Source: Octopus bimaculoides
Lineage: Eukaryota
Length of the DNA: 64,000 nucleotides
Direction: 5' to 3'
NCBI RefSeq assembly: GCF_001194135.2
Contig: NC_068982.1
Location: 59,542,814 to 59,606,813, forward strand
Part shown: one piece after another, positions 37,200 to 48,660 of the stretch
Position numbering within the stretch: position 1 is the first letter of the stretch
Layout of the letters: the number at the start of each line of letters is the position of its first letter
Program-made: the position numbers and the translations under genes
The notes under the pieces: model-generated
The model's database searches: none
The model's input: the letters and a program-made list of their open reading frames with translations, nothing else
Told to the model about the DNA's origin: nothing

Positions 37200-38309
37200 G
37201 GCAGTGTCCTGGCAGAATCGTTAGCATGCCAGGCAAAATGCTTACTTTTCTTGTCTTGCATGGTTCAGATGAAATTATGGTATGGTATACTTTTCTACAG
37301 CTGGACTCTCATCCTGTAATTAATCCTCTGTTTCCAAGGAAGGTTATTTTTTCCCTTAGTCTAGCAAACAATAAAAAGTCTGGATATACTGCCATTTTTG
37401 CATGAATGTTGCCTCTGTCTGTAATTAGTGTACACATATGGAGACAAGAGGAAAACACACACAAATTTGCATATAGATATAGTCGATGAACCTTTTCCAG
37501 TTTCTGTTGAGCAAATTTTACTCACAAGGTATTGGTCAACCAGCAGCTACAGTAGACAACCAACAGCTGACAATATCCACACAGTGGGACTGAACCTAGA
37601 AGCATGTAAGTTTAAAGGTAACTTCTTAACCACATAGTCACACCTGTGCTTATACATGACTATGCATACACATAGTCACTCACACACAAATCCATATATG
37701 CACACGTGTGCACACACACACATAAATGTACACATTATATATAGTGCCCACACAAAATTATTAAGGACAATTTAATCCTCTAGATATTTCCAGTTGAGAT
37801 ATATTAATTTATAATGTTTAGAATTAAAAGGATGATAGATACATCGCCACCTGAACAGGATGCAAGATATTTACGAGTAAATTACCAGAATGTTTTGCTT
37901 GCTCAGTCTTCAGTTGGAGACAACCAAAGTAAGTAGAACTAATTGCTTAGTAAGTGACACAATGAAATGCCTGCAGTGGTAGACACGGAATTGAAATAAC
38001 GATCAGTAATTGGTATTTCACCAATCTAGCCATTTTGTTTCCAGAGTTTTATTCAATCATTCATACATACATTGCAAACACCATTAAACGGAAGAGAAGA
38101 ATATATGAATTAGATTTATTAGAATATTATCCAAAGGATGAGATACTAAGAAGAATTACTCATATATATAAATACATTCATACAGACATACATACATACA
38201 TACATGCATACTCACACACACATACATACACACATGTATACATACATACATGCATACACATACATACATACACATAAATATATATATACAAATATATATA
38301 TATATATAT

Positions 38310-38351
<42 letters not shown>

Positions 38352-38683
38352 ATAATATCTACATAAATATATATAGATATGTTTATACATACACACAAAT
38401 CAAACATATATGCATGTGTCGTGTGTGTGTGTGTGTGTGTTTGTGTGTGAGGGTATTTTTTCTTGACCAGATATCCCACAGATAAAGAATATCCAATGGA
38501 AACACTGTTTATGATAATCAATAGTGAAATATTAAATTTAACATCAAGTATAATTCTTTAAATCTATCTTGTTGATATCTGGTCGGAAGTGGAATAATCA
38601 TGGTTTCAATATATGTCGTGATGTGGTTTTTGACCTTTTCAAGAAATGAAATAGGGGTTTCTATTTTTATGCCACTAAATTCA

Positions 38684-38717
<34 letters not shown>

Positions 38718-38775
38718 AGTGAGAGTGAAAGAGGGAAAGTGAGAAAGTTTGAGATGGAGAGAAACAGAGGAAGAG

Positions 38776-38806
<31 letters not shown>

Positions 38807-39598
38807 AAGTGGTTAAGGACATAACTTGGTATGATTCATCGAAACAATTTCTCCTCCTTCACCCATCAATCTGAAATCAGTCGTAAAACTTCCTGAGCTC
38901 AGGATATTGGCTAGCATCCAAATATTTCATTGGTAGGTATTGAAATATAGTTACGGCAAATGTCATTCGGAGTTTGGTGATCGGTGTCTTCCATCTAGTG
39001 AGCGTTACATTTCCATAAGTTGTTGCCATCAATTCCCATGTCAAACCAAAGTCTCTGGAGGTGTGGGAGACGAAGGGGGCAGCCATAATGCAGTGTCATT
39101 TCTTCACGTCCACTGCTCCGTCTAATGACAACTCTTACAGAGTCCCCTTCTTCTCATCCACACCAAAAACAAGTAATGGTTTCTGGTCACAGAAGCACCG
39201 ACCGTTACCTGTTTTTAGTGACTCAAATGGTTCTGGAGTAGGGCAGTTTGATAGATAGCTTTCTTTCCACCGATCTACAACTAAATACTACTGACTGTCC
39301 ATTGAAAATAGCAGGTCTAGTTTAATGAATATAAATCTATATAGATCTACGTCTTTCTGTCTGTTTCCCCCTACTCTCCTTCTCTCTACTCTTGCCATTT
39401 TCTTCTCTGTCCATTATATATTATATATGTGCGTTTATGTGAGTGTATGAGTGGGTGTATACAAATATGTGTGAGCAAGTGTGTGTGTATGTATGTACGT
39501 ACATACATACATACATACATATATACATATATACATACATGCATATATTAACATAGTTGTCTCTGCATACATATATATTTACTTTATACATGCCAGTA

Positions 39599-39646
<48 letters not shown>

Positions 39647-39858
39647 ATGTATGTATGAATGTATGGACACATGCATATTCTAATAAGAGAGAAGGTTAAG
39701 GATAAGCAAGGGGCAGGAAATAAGTTGCTATTATATCTTTGTTTAACATTCAGGTAATAAGTGATATTATTTGAGTCAGAGACTGAAGAATACTTGCTCT
39801 TTCTCACACATTCATGTATGTAGGCAATTACATGCATATCTCTGTCTCTCTCTGTCTG

Positions 39859-39889
<31 letters not shown>

Positions 39890-40438
39890 GTACGCACACA
39901 CACGCACACACACACACATTTACATATATATATATATTTATAAATTTACACACACACATATATATAATTACTCATCTTCCAGCAGATACACACACACATA
40001 CATACATACAAATGCATGTATATGTACATTCATGCATAAATATATGTGTGTATGTGTGTGTGCATACACAATTATACAGGCATGCACACACTCACACACA
40101 TATATTCCGGCATATCATACAAACTGATAGATAGATAGATAGATTAATAGAGAGATAGATAGATAGATTTAAGTTTGAACGGATATGGTTTTATGGTCCA
40201 CTTGTGAAGTTTGTATAGTGTGTGAATTTGTATGAAAGTACATATGCATAATCTCCATGAAGAAGCATTGTTTTATTTCTTTCTCCTGAGAACTTTCATA
40301 TTTCTGCTTTAACCCACATTACAACATATATATATNNNNNNNNNNNNNNNNNNNNNNNNNNNNNNNNNNNNNNNNNNNNNNNATATTTAAATACATACAT
40401 ACATATATATATATATACACATATATAAAATGTTCATA

Positions 40439-40483
<45 letters not shown>

Positions 40484-42210
40484 TTGTTACAAAAATACAC
40501 ATATTCACATGCATAAATCATTCAAATATTCATGTGTGTGTATGTGTGTGTGTGCAGAATACATATATGTGATTTACAAAAAGTTATGAAATTTTATAAC
40601 ACATATATACGTGTGTGGGTGTGTGTGTTAATATATAGATATACAGGCACACACACACACACACACACACAAACAGGCTCAGATGCTCACAGAAGCACAA
40701 ATGCAAACATACACTCACACTTACACACACACGCACACACACATATACTTATGTATATAATATATATATATGAATGTGTATGTGTATAATGTATCTTTTA
40801 GAAATTCTCAATTTAAGTTTTAGGAAGAAATTTTTATTTATTTTATACTTGTTATTTCTTTTTTCTTTTCTGAAAAGAAATTTAATAAAAATAAATTAAG
40901 AAAAAAAGAACACACTAAAAGATTGATTAAATTGTTTCCTCATATAATAAGTATGTTGAAGCTAGCCTTCATAAACACAACATTCTTTACTTAGCATAGA
41001 AATAACTTATTTCATGGTAACAAGCATTTGCTACACTCCAGTGATGTTATTTTATTAAAGAGCTATCTGAAATTGGACCAAAATTTAGTTCCAATATGAC
41101 TACACAGTCTCTCTTTCTCTGTCTCTCTGTCTCTGTTTCCCGCTCTCTCTCTCTGTCTCTGTTTCCCGCTCTCTCTCTCTCTCTCTTGCTTCTTCCCACA
41201 TATTCACATACTCTTACATTAATACACATAAACACAGAATTATTTATTGATAGGAACAAATCTAATATCATCCCAATAAGTATATAGCGATTAATTCTCA
41301 CTGAACCAAATTCCATTTTGGCTCAGAGAACAGCTGAGACCCTTACACTGCTAATGCCTCCCAAAAATGAATGAACACTACAACGTCCCATTGCTCACAT
41401 CATTCATTACATAAAAGTAAGTATGAATCTGCAGTAACTTTCATGTATCTGAAATATCTGGTATTGTTTGGATGTTTACAATAGAAGAAGGAATGAGAGA
41501 GAGAAATCCTACATATTGGACCCTCATATGGTAGAGGAACGTCCTCTCGATATAGGCCTTTACGGTGAATATGGACCAAGCAAGGGTTGCCTTTTAGCAA
41601 GATGTAGTACCAAACAGTGACCCAACTTAGAAGGGGATGTTGTCATTGTTGCTGTCAGAGTAGAAGAAAGTGCTAATGGCATAAATTTATTTCACCCATT
41701 ACCTCCCATAATTCTATTAACTGGAATTTTTTTTATGAAACTTTGATTTCTAGCATAAAACAGCCTTAGAAACACGCTGGAATGACCAAAATAACATTTC
41801 AAAATAACATTTTAAATAGAAATAAGCGAGATATTGGGTGAAAAATTAGCAAACCTCATTTGAATATCAGAGAAATATACTTAGTAGATATAGCAAAAAG
41901 GTTAGATATGTGTAAATATTGACAGATAATTACGAAATTTGTAATTTTTATGTGATCTCATATGAGATCACTGGTAGGTAATGGGTTAAGATGGACCTCA
42001 TCTTGCCAGGAAGTGACCCACACACTTGATTTCATGACCTTTCTCTGTGGTGCATATAGAATGAGACATGCAGGATCCAGTTATGAAACTGCAATGGACT
42101 TCTGCTGACCTGGTTATAGTTTTGAGTGGCACCTTCTGTAGCATGTCCATCATGTGTAACCCTCTTCATCTGTTGGTTCAAGACCTGTTGTAATGATGAT
42201 GATGGTGATG

Positions 42211-42242
<32 letters not shown>

Positions 42243-42378
42243 GGTGATTATGATGAAGTGGATGTACAGTCTTGACTAAAGACTCATTCACAAGTCAATA
42301 GTTAGACATGATTCATAGCTGAAGAACGTCTATGAAGTCAGTGGCCAAGACCACCAAGGTTGTAATATATGCTACTGT

Positions 42379-42794
42379 TCTTCTTAGGCCTCCATCAGTC
42401 ATGGCTGACCATGGATGATGTCATCTATCCATTGAGTTTTCTATTCAGTGTTTGCAATGCCTCCTGTGGCTGTAGAGACCGATGCGAGAGTGGCAGTCTC
42501 ATTTGCAGAGGTCACACCTATACGTTGAAACTGGTCTGTTGGTTGTCATTTCTTTTCTGCGGGCTCAGTTTTCAGCTGCTGCCACCCTCAAATTTTCTTC
42601 GCCGGTCTGCAACTGTTTGTGAAGAGTGCCTCTCCAGCTGGTTCGGTTGGCTGCGAGATCCTCCCAGGAATTGGTGTTGATACCAAGTGCCTTCATATCC
42701 CTCCTGCACACGTCCCTGTATCTCAGCTTCAGGCGGCCAATGTTTCTCTGCCCTGCGATAAGCTCTCCGTAAAGGACATCCTTTGGGATGCTAC
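42379..42794 (-). mobile_element. RTE-clade LINE 3' end (ORF C-terminus with zinc finger plus 3' UTR)
   Basis: Minus strand IPKDVLYGELIAGQRNIGRLKLRYRDVCRRDMKALGINTNSWEDLAANRTSWR...YRCDLCK*DCHSRIGLYSHRRHCKH* is the classical RTE C-terminus. It has two internal stops and an AAG-type tail. Confidence 0.92.
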
Positions 42795-43526
42795 TGTTAA
42801 TGTCCAGGTAAAAGGGTAAAGATGCCCCTCAGTTATGAATGACCATGGGATTGCATCTAGAAAGTTGCCCTCTGATGCACAAATCTAGGCAAGGCTGTTT
42901 TATGGAAGATCAGCAGTCTCTCATTCATACCAGCCTCCCCTCTCCATACCACCAATATCATCCAAGAGAGAGGCAAAGGCCAGTACAGCATGGCACCAGT
43001 GACATTACAAATCATTTCTACAGCTGAGTGAACTGGAGCAACGTGATTGTTAATGTCTATAGATGTATCAACTATGGATACCATTTGCTACTGAAAGATT
43101 TGAATGACTGACAATCAGAGCAAGATCAACCAATTGATAATAATGTAGGTGGGATAAGCTCCTGGAAATTTAGACTGATCTCTAGTTTACTTGAAAAAAC
43201 AATGTTCGGACAGTTACGTTCTGGACACTTCTGGTTTGTATAAGACTGATTTAGGCCTTAACACTACCACCAAAATCAGCAACAGTATATTCATGAATTC
43301 AGTATAATGTGACACTGAAAAGGCACACCCTACCTTGATTCAATTGACTAGATTTGTACAAAAATCCATCGATACATTACAATTGAGTCATTAGAAACAA
43401 AATGGGAATTCATCTGAAAAATCTCATTGTACTGAGAGAGAAAATAAGGAATTCCTAATTTGCAGACAAAAACGATTGCAATATAGTTTCTGGGCTGATT
43501 TTCTTGAGCCAAAGTTGGGGAGGGAG

Positions 43527-43575
43527 GGAAGGAAGGAAGGAAGGAAGGAAGGAAGGAAGGAAGGAAGGAAGGAAG
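43527..43575. repeat. (GGAA)n microsatellite
   Basis: Direct reading. Confidence 0.98.
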
Positions 43576-44364
43576 TGTTTATTGCTGATGTCATTTAACT
43601 CAACCTTTGCTCTGACCAATGCCACCTACAATGACCATTCCATTATGCAATGTGCCCTTCCAATTCTATAATGGCCTAAGTATGAGTTTGCAGGTTGATT
43701 CAGTTGATATTCTAAATAGATCATGCGACTCCATGGAGGCTCCCAATTTGGACACCACCCATTGACTGCAGTTGCCACATTGAAACAAAGCTTCAAGAAT
43801 AAGATTTCAATACTCCGTAAGTTTCTACTTTAAATTTCTGGGGATCTTCTCAGTCATCTGGTTTCAGGTTCAACCTATTGCACAGCACCATGGACGGGTA
43901 TCTTTTACTAAGGCCTCAGGCCAATCAAATCATTATGAGTGGATTTGAAAGATAAAAAGTGAATAAAGCCTGTCATATGTATATGAATTTTTGTTGATTA
44001 TGTGAGACAAATAAAATAGGTGTGCTCAGTACATGTTGCAGAGGATATGTTTTTTATCTTGAAACTGAAACTGAGAGTTAATTACAACAAGAGTTTCATG
44101 ATACTGTGATCATCAGGTGAGAAATGTTACAACTCGGTATTGGTGGTGTATTTATATTGTGTGTGTGGTCTCATACGTATTCATGAAGAAACTCACTACT
44201 TCCCCAATAAATACATATTTCTATGAACACTGGTAAAATATTGAACACTCATCTCAGATTTAGACAATAATATAACAATGCCTGTCATAAAACAAAGTCA
44301 AACTCACTCACACACACAAATTTTCATGCACACTCACTCACACACACAGAGATTTGCATGCATA

Positions 44365-44399
<35 letters not shown>

Positions 44400-45107
44400 A
44401 TACAAACACACACACACATGCCTGCAAGGACATATTTTCCAAAATAAAATTCTATAAAAGAACAGATGTTTTTACTCACAAAATAATCCCCCAAATCACT
44501 CAGCCATGAAAATCCCCATTCGTTAGGGATGTAGCTAAGAGATATGTTCTTAATTACTTTTTCAAATAACCAATTCATAAACAGCCTTTCTCAAAAAGAA
44601 CATATATTTAAAACATCACACAGACAATCATANNNNNNNNNNNNNNNNNNNNNNNNNNNNNNNNNNNNNNNNNNNNNNNNNNNNNNNNNNNNNNNNNNNN
44701 NNNNNNNNNNNNNNNNNNNNNNNNNNNNNNNNNNNNNNNNNNNNNNNNNNNNNNNNNNNNNNNNNNNNNNNNNNNNNNNNNNNNNNNNNNNNNNNNNNNN
44801 NNNNNNNNNNNNNNNNNNNNNNNNNNNNNNNNNNNNNNNNNNNNNNNNNNNNNNNNNNNNNNNNNNNNNNNNNNNNNNNNNNNNNNNNNNNNNNNNNNNN
44901 NNNNNNNNNNNNNNNNNNNNNNNNNNNNNNNNNNNNNNNNNNNNNNNNNNNNNNNNNNNATATATATATATATATATAAATACATATATATATACACATA
45001 TATATACAGACATATATTATACACACATACACACACACACACTAACATATATATGTATATATGGCAAATGAAAGACAGAAGAGGGAATATACAAGAATTT
45101 ATTATTA

Positions 45108-45213
45108 ATCACGACAATTGTTTCGACACATCTAGCATCGATCCCTCATGGGTGGGACATTCAACAACTGGTTCAGGAGCAATCGGCGACGCAGATGTAT
45201 CTCGTCGGGTGAT
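45108..45213 (-). ncRNA. Type I hammerhead ribozyme motif with long stem II
   Basis: Minus strand reads AUCAC-CCGACGA-GAUACAUC-(61 nt)-GAUGUGUC-GAAA-CAAUUG-UC-GUGAU. Stem I is 5 bp. Stem II is 8 bp (one G.U) and can extend by GCGUCG/CGAUGC. Stem III is the perfect palindrome ACAAUUGU, followed by a GUC triplet (plus 45113-45115). The core has U4->C (CCGACGA). Confidence 0.82.
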
Positions 45214-45941
45214 AAATAAATACAACTCATTAAAATAAGTTTCACAATGTAACTTCCCATTTTGTAAAAAGAAAAGCAGCCAGACAGAGGAAATATCTTC
45301 ATTTATGTAGAAGATCAAAAATAGAATCACAGATGGAAAAAAAGAAACGAACATGCAATCCAGTGAGAAAAGTATTAAAAATAACCATTAGCAAATACAC
45401 ACATACACACATATATATACACACACAATGGATTTCTTTCAGTTTCTGTCAGTCAAAGACTTTGGTTCAGTTTCTGTCAACCAAAGACTTTGGCTATAGT
45501 AGAAGACAGTTGCCCAAAGTGCCATGCAGTTTGACTGAACCTGGAACCATGTGACTGGGAAGCAAACTTCTTACAACACAACCATGCCTGCACCTATACA
45601 TATTAAAAAAAAAGTTGATGAAAAATCTGAATATATCAAGCCGTGACACTAGAGAGACACTGATATAAAGTGAAATACAGGAAAAATTAATATTTTTATC
45701 TACTTTTACCATTTGTGTAGAATATTTGTAAGAAAGAAATATATATTATTGATTTAGCCAGAGATTGGAATGAGGACACTTTCCTTGGAATAAATATGAT
45801 TAATATAACCCTGCCTAAGCATGCACATGCACACACACACACACACAGACACACAGACACACACGTACACCATATTATACATACATAAATATATCAGCTA
45901 ACCCATGCCAGCATGGAAAACAAGCGCTAATAGATGGTGAT

Positions 45942-45972
<31 letters not shown>

Positions 45973-47169
45973 TTTCATATTTTCCATGTTCCGTCCCTCA
46001 TTTACCATATGTATGTATATACATATATACGTACACACACATATATACACATACTTATATTTATGTATATATGTATTTCTATTTATCTATCTATCTATCT
46101 ATTTATACACCCACGCAAGCATGTATGAGTATGACTGTATGATGTAGAAAAATGCATGTATGCATATTTATATGTTTGCAAATCTATTTACATAAACACT
46201 CATATGCCCTGTGGCTGAAATTTACAAAGATTAATATCTTATATAAATTGCTCCAGCATTTAAAAAGCTTATATACAACTATAAATGAATAAATAAACAA
46301 ATAAATAAATATTCAAAATTTTAAAACCTAGATCAAAGCAGCTTGAAAATTTCTTAAGTTAGCCAAAATTCTAATTAAATGCTGACCTGATATCATAAGT
46401 TGAGTTCCAGTGCTAAACTAGAACCCTTGATCAGATTACCAAACACTGTTGGCAATGATCCACTCCACTAAGTGACCTCATTAATTTATATTTACAGAGG
46501 TGTTCACACCTTACTCAGGGTAGTGGGCAGAGGGCCCAATCATGTAGAAAAACACTGTAAAACTCAAATTAATGATTCAATTTAGTCCTTCTTACAAGTG
46601 TTAGAAAAAAAGAGAAAAATTAAGTGAAATATATAAAATCGTTTCTAATATTGTAGAATGGTTTCTATTTATATCTAAAAATAGAACACTGCTTGGTTTT
46701 TATCAAAGTGTACCAATGTGAATACAAGACATTCATAAGGAAATTGAGATCAAATAAGGTTAAGACTGAGTGGGAATATTATCAAAATCTGACAATAGAG
46801 AGTAATGAAAGAGTGAAAAGTCTCGTAATGTCAGACGACAAACTAATATCTTGTTCTTTTTGTTTCACTTCATTTACTTTTACAACATGTGACACATGCA
46901 TTTTAAAATAATCACACCATGTCCTTGCATATTGTAAAAGGCAACTAACTGAAAGGGTTGATGGCAGGAGGATTAAGTCAAGGATCTCATCACAGGCTGA
47001 TGTGACCTGCTGCTGGTATCATGTAAACCAGCTCTACCTATTCCATGGTCTAGTGGTCAGTGACTAAATGGGCTCCCTTCTTTAAGTAATACAAATAATA
47101 TATGAGTATATGCATATATACGTACATGTATGTACATACCTACATCTACCTGTATATATAGATGCATAT

Positions 47170-47292
47170 CTGGGTACAGGACGTTGCAAACAAAACGTGG
47201 ACAAAATGATAAACATAGTACAGAAAACACACAGGCCACATAGAGAACATTTCCTTCATCAGCTGCCACCATTCTAACACTGGCGTTTCAAA
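47170..47292. repeat. Monomeric relative of the fold-back arms
   Basis: Shares the head tgggtacaggacgt..caaa and the end ccttcatcag.tg.c...cgtttc with the 34164-34506 arms. Its TA-rich leader (47095-47172) recurs at 48352-48427. Confidence 0.6.
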
Positions 47293-47323
47293 GAGTTCAT
47301 GTGAGGAGGTTATCTGGATACCT

Positions 47324-47459
47324 AGCAGATCTTAAAAACAAGACCTGCTGAAAGGCAGATGAGCACCTTGTGGATCACTGGCCATCCAGTTGTGGAACAC
47401 AACTGGATGGCTGTTGGTAGAGATATTAGGGTAGCAAACCACCCTAATATCTCTACCAA
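47324..47459. other. Cluster of three hairpins
   Basis: agcagatctt/aagacctgct (9 of 10 bp, 47324-47349); gccatccagttgtg-gaa-cacaactggatggc (14 bp perfect, 47381-47411); ttggtagagatattagggt-agcaaacc-accctaatatctctaccaa (19 bp perfect, 47414-47459). Confidence 0.95.
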
Positions 47460-47682
47460 GAAAACACTGTGAGAAAGTCTGAGTGAAGCAATGCTATGGT
47501 TTCATTCAATGACATACTTTATGCTTAATCCATTTACTTTATCGTTTATCTCAATATATAACTTTTTCTCATCCCTTATGTCTTTTTTTTCATATTTTTT
47601 TTTCAAATGTGTAGAATTTTTCTCTGGGTTCAGAATTTATGTCGCCACCAAATTTTTCTTCCATATCATAGGTTGTAAGAAT

Positions 47683-48270
47683 AGGTGCAGGAGTGGCTGT
47701 GTGGTAAGAAGTTTGCTTCCCAACTATATGGTTCCAGGTTCACTCCCATAGTGTAGCAATTTAGGCAAGTGTCTCCTACTATAGCCATAGGCTGACAAAA
47801 AGACTTCTGAGTGGATTTGGTAGGTGGAAACTGAAAGAATCCCATCATGTCTGTTTATCTATCTGTCTATCAATTTATCTATCTATCTTGGGCAAGTGTC
47901 TTCTACTATAGCCTCGGGCCGACCTTGTGAGTGGATTTGGTAGAAAGAAGCCCGTTGTATATATTTGTGTATATATATATATATATATGTATGTGTATAT
48001 ATTTGTGTGTCTGTGTTTGTCCCCCCCCCCAACATCGCTTGACAACCGATGGTGGTGTGTTTATGTCCCCGNNNNNNNNNNCCCAACATCGCTTGACAAC
48101 CGATGGTGGTGTGTTTATGTCCCCGTAACTTAGCGGTTCGGCAAAAGAGCCCGATAGAATAAGTACTAGGCATCCAAAGAATAGGTCATGGAGTCAATTT
48201 GCTCGACTAAAGGTGGTGCTCCAGCATGGCCATAGTCAAATGACTGAAACAAGTAAAAGAGTAAAAAGAG

Positions 48271-48317
<47 letters not shown>

Positions 48318-48660
48318 ATANNNNNNNNNNNNNNNNNNNNATATACACACACAAATAATATATGAGTATATGCATATATATATATACATGAATGTACATA
48401 CCTTCATCTACATGTATATATAGATGCATATCTGGATATTCATGAGTGTGTCTTTCTGTCTGTATTTGTCCCCCACCACCACCATCGCTTGACAACCAAT
48501 GCTGGTGTGTTTATGTCCCCATAACTTAGCAGTTCAGCAAAAGAGCCCAATAGAATAAGTACTAGGCTTACAAAGAATAAGTCCTGGGGTTGATTTGTTC
48601 GACTTAAACCTTTTAAGGCAGTACTCCAGCATGGCCGCAGTCAACTGACTGAAACAAATA
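47683..48660 (+). mobile_element. Cluster of SINE family A copies/fragments
   Basis: Head copy 47683-47850, near-complete copy 47887-48270 and 3' half 48450-48660. Further fragments at 10225-10365(-), 20060-20235(-), 37480-37650(-), 43850-43980(+), 45425-45595(-), 49230-49375(-) and 53445-53610(+). Confidence 0.75.

Noticed and set aside
47020-47360. HDV-like ribozyme (hairpin followed by CUGAA-AGGCAG resembles P4, J4/2 and P2')
   Set aside because: I could not build P1, P3/L3 and P1.1 in the required order.
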